A stretch of 64,000 nucleotides of DNA, from assembly GCA_050952625.1 (NCBI GenBank), contig JBMNLH010000001.1:512001-576000 (forward strand), read 5' to 3'. Within the stretch, counting starts at the first letter, position 1; the number at the start of each line of letters is the position of its first letter. Position numbers and translations under genes: made by a program. Shown here piece by piece: positions 1-9,924 of this stretch. A model generated the notes under the pieces. The model was not told where the DNA came from, made no database searches, and saw nothing but the letters and a program-made list of their open reading frames with translations. This stretch comes from Bacillota bacterium (GTDB lineage: Bacteria > Bacillota > Ch66 > Ch109).

Positions 1-210
1 TAAGCCTTTACTCTGTTTAGTTAACTCCTCTTTTTGCTTTCCAATCCGTTTTTGTAAGGTCTTTTCTTTCTGGGTTTCCAGGGAAGAGGAGTGAACCACC
101 ACAAAATTATAAGGGTGTCCTTCCAGCTCATGATGGACCAAATAGGTTCGGTAGTGAGAAGCCTTCTTCGAGTTGGCTTCACTGACTATCCCAAGGTCAT
201 GCCAGGCGTT
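1..210 (-). pseudogene. IS1634-family-like transposase fragment running off the window edge
   Basis: Minus frame reads AWHDLGIVSEANSKKASHYRTYLVHHELEGHPYNFVVVHSSSLETQKEKTLQKRIGKQKEEL, which resembles the central region of IS1634 transposases. No start or N-terminal part is seen upstream. Confidence 0.55.
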
Positions 211-348
211 TCTAGACGACAGAGTTTGGTGATTACCGGAACAGCCATTGGTTTAAGGGCCTTAATCCCAGCAAATATTGACAATCGAATCAACTCCCCA
301 AAAAATATCTTAAAGAGTTATATTCGACATAAATATAGCGGTCCTTGT

Positions 349-1690
349 GGGTCTGTCAATAATTTTGTGCTTTGCCCTTCTTCCGTCTGTTCATCGTAGG
401 TGCGCTTTAACTTTGTCGGGGAAGTAAATAGACAGCTGTAGCAGAATTTGCCCCCAGTTTTGGACCCGGCCGGTCCATCTCTTCAAGACATCTTGGGTGG
501 CCATATATAACATCTTTAAGAGCGCTTCATCCGTTGGGAAAATACTCTTACCCTTGGTTACTTTGCGGAGCTGCCGGTGATAACTTTCGATCATATTGGT
601 AGTATAGATGATTTTTCTAATCTCAGGTGGATACTTGAAAAACGTCGAGATCTCCGCCCAGTTGTTGCGCCAGGACCGGACTATCAGTGGATATTTGTCT
701 CCCCAAGTAGCTTCAAATTGGTTTAGCTCTTCGCAAGCAGCAGGCTCAGAAGATGCCGTGTAAATGGTCTTTAAGGCGGCAGTTATCTTCTTAACATCTT
801 TGTATGAGACATAGCGTATGGAATTTCTCACCTGGTGCACGATACACTTCTGGATCTCAGCATCCGGGTAGCAGGCCGATATGGCTTCACTAAACCCAGT
901 GAGATTATCCACGCAAACGATTAGAATATCCTGAACTCCACGGTTTCTAAGTTCGTTTAAGACGGTGAGCCAGAACTTGGCAGATTCGTTTTCCCCGATC
1001 CAGATGCCCAATACGTCTTTATTGCCATCCAAGTCGATGCCTATTACCATATAGGCTGCCTTGTTTACAATCTGGCCGTCCTGCTTGACTTTAAAATGGA
1101 TTGCATCCAGGAAGACGGCTGCATAGATCTTCTGCAGCGGCCGGTTCTGCCACTCCTTGACCATAGGCATGATTTTGTTGGTGATATTAGATATTAGAGT
1201 AGGCGAAACCTCAATTCCGTACAGGTGCTCCAAATGATCCTGGATATCACGAGTGCTGACCCCTTTGGCGTAGAGAGCCAATACTTGGTCTTCGATACCA
1301 GTCACATTCTTCTGATGCTTTTTGACGATTAGAGGATCATGTTCGCCTTAGCGGTCCCGGGGGATCTGTATGTCGATTTCTCCGAATTCGCTGCGTACAG
1401 TTTTAGTACTATGCCCATTACGCCGGTTGCTTGTCCTTTTGTTTTGAACATCGTTCTTTTCATAGCCTAGGGTGGTATCCAATTCGGCCTCCAGCATCTC
1501 TTGTAGGGTCTCGGCAAAGAGGTCTTTAAGGACATTCTGGATGTCTTCAACGCTTTTTAGGTTGTTCTCTTTGATGAATTGCTTGATCTCAGCGCGGGAG
1601 ACCAGTTTCTTCTTCTCCATATGTATTCCTGCCTTTCCGTTTCATTTTATATTCGGAAAGAGCAGAAGCACAATTTATTTTACACACTCC
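349..1690 (-). mobile_element. IS256-family insertion sequence
   Basis: Imperfect terminal IRs GGGTCTGTCAATAATTTTGTGCTTTG (349) and revcomp GGAGTGTGTAAAAATAAATTGTGCTTCTG (ends 1690) flank a Mutator/IS256 DDE transposase. Confidence 0.9.
391..1620 (-). pseudogene. IS256 transposase with an in-frame TAA stop at 1348-1350
   Basis: ORFs 1348..1620 and 391..1305 are in one frame (IPRDR*GEHDPLIVKKHQKNVTGIED). IS256 motifs RNG, FLDAI, QKCIVH and YTTNMIES are present. Confidence 0.9.
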
Positions 1691-2470
1691 TTGAAAACCA
1701 AAGATAAGGATATTGTCTTTTATATCCTGCTGGAACTACAATCAAGCGTAGCTTTCCTGATGCCTTTCCGATTGCTAGTTTATATGGTTCAATTGTGGCT
1801 GCATTTTTATCAGGACACAGATAAAAACGTAAGAGCGCGCAAGGACTTCCGCTTACCGGTAATTATCCCAGCGGTTCTCTATAACGGAGCCAATAACTGG
1901 ACCGCCCCTTTAAGCTTTAAGGAGATACTAGCCGACTATGAGTCGTTCGAGAAGCACCTGGTCGATTTTCAGTACATACTTTTTGATGTTAACCGATACC
2001 AGAAGGAAGAACTGCTCCAGATGGCTAACTTGATCTCCAGCATCCTGTTGCTTGACCAAAAGATAAGCAAGGAAGAAATAATCAGCCGGTTGTGGCTGAT
2101 GATTGATACAATTAAGAAAATGCCCCCTGACGAGTTTCAACAGTTAAAAACCTGGCTGATTAATGTGTTACTGCCAAGAGTGCCAGAGCAGCAAAAAAGG
2201 GAAGTTGAGCAAATCTTGAAGGAAAGTGGCCCCCAGGAGGTGGTACAGATGATCTTGAATCTGGAAGTAACCCTGGATGAGATGCAGCAACAGGCCAAAC
2301 TTGAAGGTAAAAAAGAAGGTATAGAATTAGGTAAAAAAGAAGGCAAACTGGAAGAAAAGAGGAATGTGGCCAGGCTAGCCCTGCGCGAAGGATTTGAGAT
2401 TGAAGTCATTGCCAAGATAACCGGCCTCACTAAAGAAGAAATCCAGAAATTAAAGGAAGAGTTGAATTAA
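1691..2470 (+). pseudogene. Rpn family (Transposase_31, PD-(D/E)XK) recombination-promoting nuclease, 5'-truncated at the IS256 end
   Basis: FYILLELQS..MPFRLLVYM, VLYNG..W and the C-terminal EGKKEG repeats/IAKITGL are typical. The N-terminal part is missing at the IS boundary. Confidence 0.85.
2249..2470 (+). CDS. Putative internally translated small Rpn C-terminal protein (Rpn-S type, 73 aa)
   Basis: In-frame ATG at 2249 preceded by strong SD AGGAGGTG. It covers the C-terminal repeat/HTH part. Confidence 0.55.
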   Translation: MILNLEVTLDEMQQQAKLEGKKEGIELGKKEGKLEEKRNVARLALREGFEIEVIAKITGLTKEEIQKLKEELN

Positions 2471-2574
2471 TTCATTAATCATAATGGAATACTGATTCAT
2501 CGGACCCCGTAGAGAATTGCAACTCTATTGGGCTATTTGTTTTTAGAGGCACCAAATAAAAATCCATAAATTAC

Positions 2575-2606
2575 AATAGCAGGGATGCCTCCCTGCTATT
2601 TTTGTT
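2575..2606 (+). terminator. Intrinsic terminator hairpin, insertion target of the group IIC intron
   Basis: AATAGCAGGGA-TGCC-TCCCTGCTATT followed by a T-run immediately before the intron 5' end GTGCG. Confidence 0.8.
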
Positions 2607-4510
2607 GTGCGCCTGGCATGGGCGCAGTCTAACGGGTGAAAGTCCCTAGTGCGGGTTGATAGTGCCAAGCACATAGCCAAGGACAAGGGTGTCCATCGCG
2701 AGGTGGAATCTGAAGGAAGTCGGCGGCAAACTTCTGGTCTGACGAACAGAAATCACATTAGGCATCGTAAGCTGGGTAAGGTTGCAATACAAACTGAAGC
2801 CCGAAACTATCCGGAAGCTTACGGTGTAGATGTGGCAGATAGATGGAAGGAAAGACTGCGTTCTTACCCAGGGAGGCCTCACGGACAGGTGGAAACGGAG
2901 TATGAAACCTGGTTGAAACAAGATTTATCGTGAGGAGTCAGCAGAGGCCATAGTACAGAGGTGTTCTAGACACCGACGGAAGGGCTGAACCAAAGGAGGT
3001 GTGGGTCAATGAAAGTTACTGAAAGTGGCAATTTAAAACACAGACAACTTTGCTTTGAAGACTATCTGCAAATGGTATCTGCGGAACAGAGAGAGTATGC
3101 AGAAGTGTGCGCGCCACCTAAGATGACTGAAACCGACAGCACCAACACAAACCAGCAGAGGGAAGGATTGCTAGAGCAAATCTTGAGTAGGGATAATCTG
3201 AACCGTGCCTACAAACAGGTAAAAAGAAACAAAGGCGCAGGTGGAATTGACGGAATGCAGGTAGATGAACTTCTCCCCTTCCTCAAGGAAAACAAGAATG
3301 AACTCGTGCAATCCCTCCAGGAGGGTAAATACCGTCCTAAACCCGTGCGTAGAGTAGAAATACCCAAAGAGAACGGGAAAACCAGAAAACTAGGGATACC
3401 AACCGTCGTAGACAGACTAATCCAACAAGCCATTTGTCAGATTCTTAGCCCAATCTTCGAGAAACGATTTTCAGACAACAGCTTTGGATTCCGACCGAAA
3501 AGAAGCACCCATGACGCGCTCAAAAGATGCCAGACCAACATTACAGAGGGTTACAAATGGGTAGTCGATATAGACCTGGAAAAGTATTTTGATACGGTCA
3601 ACCAGAGCAAACTCATCCAAATATTATCGGAGACGATAAAGGACGGACGGGCTATTTCGCTTATACACAAATTTCTGCGAGCAGGGGTTATGGTAAGCGG
3701 ATTGTTTGAAGACAGCCCCCAGGGAGTGCCGCAAGGCGGCCCCACTAAGTCCGCTACTTGGGAATATCATGCTAAATGAGTGTGACCATGAACTGGAGAG
3801 ACGCGGACATCGGTTTGTGCGTTATGCTGATGATTTGCTGATTTTCTGTAGGAGCAAGAAAGCGGCAACACGTACATTAACCCACATTCTCCCATACATT
3901 GAAGGAAAATTATTCCTAAAGGTGAATCGGGAGAAAACACAGGTGGCATACGTGAACAAAGTCAAATACCTGGGGTACGGCTTCTACATCTACAAAGGAG
4001 AAGGGAGACTCAGGATACATCCCAAGAGTGTCCAGAAATTAAAAGACAAGATTCGGGAAGTTACAGGACGCAGTAACGGGATGGGAATCGAGGCAAGAAA
4101 ACTCCGATTGAACCAGATTGTCCGAGGATGGACAAATTACTTCAAACTGGCAGATGCAAAGAAGCTGATACCGGGTCTGGATGAATGGATCAGAAGCCGA
4201 ATAAGGATGGTAACATGGAAACGATGGAAGAAAGTCCGCACCCGCTTCGAGAATCTCAAACGCTTGGGAATCAAGGAAGAACAAGCATGGATGTGGGCAA
4301 ATACAAGAAGAGGCTATTGGCGTACTGCCCATAGCCCAATCCTGTTAATAGCCTTATCCAATGAGAAGCTCAAGCGTGCTGGATACCTTAGCTTGACGGA
4401 ATGCTGCTCTGTGAAGTAAAGTGTAAACTTTGGAACCGCCGTATACCGAACGGTACGTACGGTGGTGAGGGAGGTCGGCTACTCAAATAATGGGTAGCCT
4501 CCTACCCGAT
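2607..4510 (+). mobile_element. Group II intron, class IIC
   Basis: 5' GTGCGCC at 2607. Domain V GAACCGCCGTATACCGAACGGTACGTACGGTGGTG at ~4433-4467, domain VI, and 3' end CCTACCCGAT at 4510. Inserted just after a terminator hairpin. Confidence 0.93.
3009..4419 (+). pseudogene. ltrA: Group II intron reverse transcriptase/maturase, frameshifted near 3740
   Basis: RT motifs RKLGIPTVVDR, PQGG and YADD plus maturase domain, no endonuclease domain. An extra C in GGCGGCCCCACTAAGT breaks PQGGPLSPLL. Confidence 0.9.
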
Positions 4511-4594
4511 CGCAATTGGGATAAAATTTGGTTAGCAGCGGTGCTTTATGCAAAAATTCTAGGATATTACACCCCTTGTAAACCTTAATTTAAG

Positions 4595-4683
4595 TGGTGC
4601 CGGAGACCGGGGTCGAACCGGTACGATCTTGAAGGATCGCGGGATTTTAAGTCCCGTGCGTCTGCCAATTCCGCCACTCCGGC
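4595..4683 (-). tRNA. tRNA-Leu(TAA)
   Basis: GCCGGAGTGGCGGAATTGGCAGACGC...CTTAAAA..., long variable arm, GGTTCGAC, CCA end. Confidence 0.95.
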
Positions 4684-4715
4684 GTTCATATTATTTTTAT
4701 GCTTAGGAAGTATAA

Positions 4716-4790
4716 TGGAGGCGCCATCCGGATTTGAACCGGAGAATAAAGGATTTGCAGTCCTCTGCCTTACCACTTGGCTATGGCGCC
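4716..4790 (-). tRNA. tRNA-Cys(GCA)
   Basis: GGCGCCATAGCCAAGTGGTAAGGC...CTGCAAA...GGTTCAAATCC...TCCA. Confidence 0.95.
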
Positions 4791-4794
4791 ATAA

Positions 4795-4869
4795 TGGAGC
4801 GGAAAACGGGATTCGAACCCGCGGCCCTCGCCTTGGCAAGGCGATGCTCTACCACTGAGCTATTTCCGC
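4795..4869 (-). tRNA. tRNA-Gly(GCC)
   Basis: GCGGAAATAGCTCAGTGGTAGAGC...TTGCCAA...GGTTCGAATCCC...TCCA. Confidence 0.95.
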
Positions 4870-4910
4870 AAGAAAATGGAGATGTAGATCTCCATTAGAT
4901 TTAACCAAAA

Positions 4911-4986
<76 letters not shown>

Positions 4987-4990
4987 AAAA

Positions 4991-5067
4991 TGGCGGAGCT
5001 GACGGGAGTCGAACCCGCGGTCTCCTGCGTGACAGGCAGGCATGTTAGGCCTCTACACCACAGCTCC
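4991..5067 (-). tRNA. tRNA-Asp(GTC)
   Basis: GGAGCTGTGGTGTAGAGGCCTAAC...CTGTCAC...GGTTCGACTCCC...GCCA. Confidence 0.95.
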
Positions 5068-5098
5068 TGATGATTGCCGTTTATCGTCGGCACGACAT

Positions 5099-5127
5099 AT
5101 TATAGCGAAAATTTATCTTGGTGTCAA
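5099..5127 (-). promoter_or_regulatory. SigA promoter of the tRNA operon
   Basis: Perfect TTGACA-17 nt-TATAAT on the minus strand. Confidence 0.85.
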
Positions 5128-5205
5128 TGATTGATTATTGATGATCATAATAATGTTTTTTTATATTCTAGATAGGAAAATCTAGGAGAAATCCATCTCT
5201 GTCCG

Positions 5206-6069
5206 TTACCAAAATGTTAACATTGCTTCTCTAATTAGCTTTGCCCCTAACACACTGGTTAAATCGTTGAGATCATTTCCCGGTGACACTTCAACCAAAT
5301 CCATACCCACGATATTTTGCCCTTGCAGCTGGTGCAGGGCAGCCATGATTTCCCGCGAACTGCACCCGCCGGGTTCCGGGGTGCCGGTGCCCGGGGCATA
5401 GGCTGGGTCCACGACATCAATATCCAGCGTGAGGTAGATCGGACGACCACTGATCAGAGGCAGTATCTTTTTTAGTGGTTCTAGAACTTCTATCGGATAA
5501 AGGTTTGTGTTTTCCCGGGCAAAAGCGAACTCTTCCCGCGTACCGGAGCGGATTCCGAATTGATAAATGTTTATCCCTTTAACTATTTCTGAGACACGGC
5601 GCATCACCGTAGCGTGAGACAGTCGCTGCCCCAAGTAATCGGGTCGCAGGTCAGCGTGCGCGTCAAAGTGCAGGACAACCAGATCTGGATAATGGTTGGC
5701 CAAGGCTTTGATTAAGGGATAGGATACGAGGTGTTCACCACCTAAAAAGATTGGTTTTTTACCGTCAAGCACCAGCTGGGAGGCGGCTTGTTCGATTAAC
5801 CGAAGGCTTTCGTCTAAATTACCGAAAGGTAGAGACACGTCTCCTGCGTCAAAAAAATAGATCTCATTTAAATCTCGATTTCGGTACAGGCTGTACTCTT
5901 CTAAAGCAACCGACACTTGACGAATCTGCTGGGGGCCAAAACGGGTTCCCGGCCGAAAACTCAGGGTAGCTTCAAGGGGAACTCCCAGGATGACCACCTC
6001 TGCCTTTTCGTATTGGTCGAGACTGCCCATAAAACCATAACTCCGTTCGATTACCCGGTTATCAAGCAT
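5206..6069 (-). CDS. speB: Agmatinase / aminopropylagmatine ureohydrolase
   Basis: Ureohydrolase motifs GGEH, DAHAD, DIDVVDP, PGTGTPEPGG. Confidence 0.93.
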   Translation of the reverse strand: MLDNRVIERSYGFMGSLDQYEKAEVVILGVPLEATLSFRPGTRFGPQQIRQVSVALEEYSLYRNRDLNEIYFFDAGDVSLPFGNLDESLRLIEQAASQLVLDGKKPIFLGGEHLVSYPLIKALANHYPDLVVLHFDAHADLRPDYLGQRLSHATVMRRVSEIVKGINIYQFGIRSGTREEFAFARENTNLYPIEVLEPLKKILPLISGRPIYLTLDIDVVDPAYAPGTGTPEPGGCSSREIMAALHQLQGQNIVGMDLVEVSPGNDLNDLTSVLGAKLIREAMLTFW

Positions 6070-6120
6070 AAAGCAAGCGTCCCTTCGCCGATGATTTTTT
6101 TAACTCAAAACATGAAATCA

Positions 6121-6957
6121 TTAGTCGGTTTTGACCAAGTTCTGCACAAATTGAGGCAGCTTAAAGGCGGCTTTATGTACAGCCGGGGTGTAGTACCGGG
6201 ACTGTAAATCCGGACAATTTTCTTCGACAATAGCTTCCGGGTCGTATTTTTTCGAGCCCATGGTAAAGCTCCACATGCCGCTAGGATAGGTTGGGACATA
6301 AGCCAAGAACAGTTTCGTTATCGGATAAATACTAGCGATGTCGCGATAGACCCGGCGAATTAAATCCGCGTTAAAAAAAGGAGACTCGGTTTGGGCGACA
6401 AACAGTCCGTCGTCCTTTAGAGCTTCAAATATGCTTTGATAAAACTCAGCACTGAATAAACCTACTGCCGGACCTACTGGTTCAGTTGAATCAACAATGA
6501 TCATGTCAAACGTATTCTTGTTTTCTTTGACGTAGCGAATGCCGTCTTCAATCAAAACTTCAGCCCGCGGATTGCCGTGGAGGGCACTGCTGATTTCAGG
6601 CAGGTATAGTTTGGAGGCCTCGACTACTCGCGCGTCAATTTCGACCATCGTCGCTTTTTCTACCTTGGGATGCTTGACCACTTCCCGCAGGGTACCGCCA
6701 TCACCGCCTCCAATGATTAGCACCCGACGGGGATTGGGATGAGTATTTAAACCCACTGTCGTAATCATTTCGTGGTAAACAAACTCATCAACAATAGTGG
6801 TTTGCACCATACCGTCCAGGACCAGCATCCGGCCGAACTGTTCCGTATCAATAATTGCCAGGTGTTGATAGGGAGTTTGTTCAACGATCAAGGTGTTTTT
6901 AATCTTACAGGTTATCCCCACATTTGGGGTCTGCTTTTCTGTAAACCACATATCCAT
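6121..6957 (-). CDS. speE: Polyamine aminopropyltransferase (spermidine synthase)
   Basis: [32 protein letters not shown]. Confidence 0.95.
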   Translation of the reverse strand: MDMWFTEKQTPNVGITCKIKNTLIVEQTPYQHLAIIDTEQFGRMLVLDGMVQTTIVDEFVYHEMITTVGLNTHPNPRRVLIIGGGDGGTLREVVKHPKVEKATMVEIDARVVEASKLYLPEISSALHGNPRAEVLIEDGIRYVKENKNTFDMIIVDSTEPVGPAVGLFSAEFYQSIFEALKDDGLFVAQTESPFFNADLIRRVYRDIASIYPITKLFLAYVPTYPSGMWSFTMGSKKYDPEAIVEENCPDLQSRYYTPAVHKAAFKLPQFVQNLVKTD

Positions 6958-7019
6958 GAATAAGCCTCCTGCTTGCTTTTGAGCAAGGATAAATTATTAT
7001 AGAGGATTAGCAGTGGCAA

Positions 7020-7478
7020 TTAGTACCACAATGGGGCCGCAGCAAAGGCACAACCTATTTCCTGAACTCTGTGTTCAGTTGCCGCAACCTTGATGTCCTT
7101 GAGCTCCATTTTTCTGGAGGCGAAGGCTTCTTTAACCATGGCTATCACGGCTGATTCTGCTTCAGCCTGAGAGCATTTGCCAGAAAATTCCATAATAACC
7201 CCAAAGGTATCTTCGGAAATGCCTACGGCGATCGCGGCCGAAATCAGTTCCCCTGGTACTTCGCTTACGATTGAACCGTAGGCGATAGGGACCAGTGATC
7301 CGGGGGGAAGCTGCAGGTCAGGAGTAAACTGAGCTCCTGGGGGTAAAATGCTGCTCACCCGTATTAAATTTACATTACCTACCCGTGCCTGTAAAAGAGC
7401 ATTATCAAAGGCGGTTAATTCACTTTTTCCCTCGGCACTGCCGGCGGTGACAAAAAATTTGGTTGGTGTAGGTAACAA
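7020..7478 (-). CDS. pdaD: Pyruvoyl-dependent arginine decarboxylase
   Basis: AFDNALL..VGNVNLIRVSSILPP self-cleavage motif. Likely TTG start at 7478 after GAGGGA. Confidence 0.88.
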   Translation of the reverse strand: MLPTPTKFFVTAGSAEGKSELTAFDNALLQARVGNVNLIRVSSILPPGAQFTPDLQLPPGSLVPIAYGSIVSEVPGELISAAIAVGISEDTFGVIMEFSGKCSQAEAESAVIAMVKEAFASRKMELKDIKVAATEHRVQEIGCAFAAAPLWY

Positions 7479-7509
7479 TTTACATCCCTCTCTTTCTGGA
7501 TTAACATAT

Positions 7510-7665
7510 AAAAAGGCCGGACCACATTTCAACGCCCGGCGAACGGTCTCTTTGATCCGTGGAACTTAGTTTTAAATTAACGTAATTATTATAACAGAAT
7601 CTGAAATCTTCCTTCGAGTGAGACTCGGGGTTACCCAAAGTGTTCCACTGGAAAGGATCAAAAAA
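7510..7665 (-). promoter_or_regulatory. Structured 5' leader with terminator upstream of pdaD-speE-speB (candidate cis-regulatory RNA)
   Basis: Long-range pairings TTTGATCC/GGATCAAA and GTGGAAC/GTTCCAC, an internal CGAG hairpin, then a GCCGGGC/GTCCGGC-UUUUU terminator. Extended -10 at 7675-7683. Confidence 0.5.
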
Positions 7666-7782
7666 TACAGAGTAATTATATCAAATCCTTGAAAAAAATA
7701 AACCATAATTTTTGACAACCTTCATAAAAAATAACCAGCAATCAGGTTGATTGCTGGACGAGCAACTGTATTATTGGATATT

Positions 7783-8196
7783 TTAACAATCCCTGCGTCT
7801 TATCGGGTGACCAGGACACATGTGGTGATAATGGGGAATGTACCGGCGATGACGGGGGTAGCGATACGGACTCGTACGGTCTTCATATTGGTCTTCATAC
7901 ATTTGTTTTTGCCTACCCGGCAGCATCCATTCTTTATCGTCTTCTTCAATAGGCATTAAGGCTTCCTTGTCATCATAATACTCGCCAAGGTATTTTTCGT
8001 CATAGTCGTCATCATAATCCCAATCCATGTATTCATCCATATACATTCTGTGTCTGGGCATTTCCATCATCATGTGGTGGTAATGATGGTGAATATGCCG
8101 GTGACAACGGCGGTCATAACGGTCTTGCTTTTCCTCCGCCGCTTCTTTTTGACGTTGTTCAGGACGTTGGACCGGACGTTGCATCCATGGAAACAT
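7783..8196 (-). CDS. His/Arg/Asp/Tyr/Met-rich hypothetical protein, probably spore-coat associated
   Basis: Low-complexity 137-aa ORF with SD GGAGGAGG and a SigK-like promoter (GCACC...CATATAAT) upstream. Confidence 0.6.
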   Translation of the reverse strand: MFPWMQRPVQRPEQRQKEAAEEKQDRYDRRCHRHIHHHYHHMMMEMPRHRMYMDEYMDWDYDDDYDEKYLGEYYDDKEALMPIEEDDKEWMLPGRQKQMYEDQYEDRTSPYRYPRHRRYIPHYHHMCPGHPIRRRDC

Positions 8197-8306
8197 TATA
8201 ATCCTCCCTCCTCGGAAAAATTTAGGTTTAGTGCAGGTGATTAGTTCATTATATGTATGTGATTGGAAATAGGTGCAAATAGTTACAATAAGGAGAGGAA
8301 AAGGAT

Positions 8307-8885
8307 ATGTTAAAATACCAAATCAGGACACCGATATCCATTATGCAAGCTACTATAAGTCAAGTCGGACTCTATGCTTTAGAACTTGGTCAGTTCATGC
8401 CTGATCTAAATGGAGGCCCCCCTGATAAATCCAGTCGGCTGAAGGAACTAGTTGTTCCGATTGATCTAGTAGATTCCTCGATCGGCCCGGAATATCACGC
8501 TACGGATAGGATGGCCATGGTTAACCATATAACGGGAATGGCTAATCAATTAGCGTATGACCTGAACCTTTATCTCGCCGGGGAGGATATTGATTTTTCT
8601 ATTCCTCTTGATTGGAGTAGTTATACTTCTTTTCAGCGTCGAGTACTTACCGTTACCAGCGAGATACCCAGGGGGACTACCCGTAGTTATCGTGAAGTAG
8701 CTGAAATAATCGGTAATTACCGGGCCGCCCGGGCAGTTGGCCAGGCTTTAAGGAGCAATCGTGTCCCGTTGCTTGTTCCCTGCCATCGGGTAATTACGAG
8801 TCAGGGAACCTTAGGTGGTTTTACCGGCGGCTTAGAGTGGAAAAGGTGGCTGTTGGCGTTAGAAGGAGTGTTGGATCTTCACTGA
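8307..8885 (+). CDS. ogt: Methylated-DNA-protein-cysteine methyltransferase
   Basis: IPRGTTRSY, ARAVG and the PCHRV active site. Confidence 0.9.
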   Translation: MLKYQIRTPISIMQATISQVGLYALELGQFMPDLNGGPPDKSSRLKELVVPIDLVDSSIGPEYHATDRMAMVNHITGMANQLAYDLNLYLAGEDIDFSIPLDWSSYTSFQRRVLTVTSEIPRGTTRSYREVAEIIGNYRAARAVGQALRSNRVPLLVPCHRVITSQGTLGGFTGGLEWKRWLLALEGVLDLH

Positions 8886-8973
8886 ACAACGCAGCTTCAG
8901 ATGGTGACTCTGCTTTGCCTGTAAATTTAACAAGGCAACCCTACCTAGTTAAAGCAGGGTCTATTAGATCAGA
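8874..8973 (+). repeat. Dispersed repeat family A copy (IS200/IS605-end-like MITE)
   Basis: CTTCACTGAACAACGCAGCTTCAGATGG matches copies at 12153, 26779, 33925, 37065, 46362 and 53850. Confidence 0.7.
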
Positions 8974-9122
8974 AAGGTTGAAACCCCTGGCGAGCCGCGT
9001 CCAGGGGTTTCTAAGGAGAATATATCAACGGGGAGGGTGGTGCCCCGTTGTTTGTATTATTTCCCGATTTTTTTGGTGATATTCGAGAAAAACTAAGTAC
9101 GAGCTAAACATTTCTTTACTTA

Positions 9123-9170
9123 CTAATTGTCCATGCCCCAAGGGCACAACCACCAATGAAAGTAGCGGAC
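9123..9170 (+). repeat. Dispersed repeat family C (CCATGCC..GGCACAACC..ATGAAA)
   Basis: Similar to 29308-29356 and weakly to 62565-62595. Confidence 0.6.
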
Positions 9171-9225
9171 ATATGTATGAAAAATTGTAATAAGTATTTA
9201 AGTCAATTGTTAACTAGGTCAATTG

Positions 9226-9606
9226 TTAACGGGGAAGACGGGTTTTAACCCGGACATGTCTGCTATAAGCCACTTTGCGTAACATTATCCAGGCTCCCAG
9301 CCACATAAATATACCGAAGAATAACGCAATCCAGTAAGGCGTCCCCTGGTAAGGCAGATAAAGCAGAGGAAAGATCCAGGCCGCCCCGATTATTCCCCGG
9401 GCGATCCCGGCACTCAATCGGCCGCCATAGCGAAAAACACTTAAAATCCCGGACAGGAATACAGCCAGGGTAAAGAAGGAGGCGATTACGGCACCAACTG
9501 TCTTGGGGCCTAATGCATGTTCAAAGGAAGTTAAAGTCGTAGTGAGATTTCCCATTAACAACCAGAATTGATCAATCAGATTAACACCTTCCAATGTCTT
9601 AATCAC
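9226..9606 (-). CDS. Hypothetical membrane protein
   Basis: 126-aa ORF with 3 hydrophobic segments and a SigH-like promoter upstream. Confidence 0.6.
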   Translation of the reverse strand: MIKTLEGVNLIDQFWLLMGNLTTTLTSFEHALGPKTVGAVIASFFTLAVFLSGILSVFRYGGRLSAGIARGIIGAAWIFPLLYLPYQGTPYWIALFFGIFMWLGAWIMLRKVAYSRHVRVKTRLPR

Positions 9607-9924
9607 CTTCTAGCTCAAATAAACCGGAAACAAAGAGTGATAAATCATGATCGCGCAGTGTTTTAATGAAGGTCAGCACTGAGCGGTTGCACATAGATTT
9701 CGACACAAATTTCCAGGGTCCTGCTTAAGCAAAGAGTTTCTGCAAAAATAAATACCCCCGGGTGGGGACCCAGGGGTTCCAAGGAGGATATATAAGGGGT
9801 GGGAACTACTCCCGTTTCTATTATTACCGTGGTTGGGTTAAATATACTAATCCGTATAGAAAATTCTCCTTCAGAAAAACTAAAATAGGCATTTAAGAAT
9901 TAAAGTGTTAGGAGGGAGAAAAAA

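Noticed and set aside
1472-1690. N-terminal part of the 332-aa ORF
   Set aside because: It is antisense read-through of the IS256 sequence, not Rpn.
2646-2933. Two ~90-aa ORFs
   Set aside because: They lie within structural domains of the group II intron RNA.
4585-4839. 84-aa ORF
   Set aside because: It overlaps tRNA genes.
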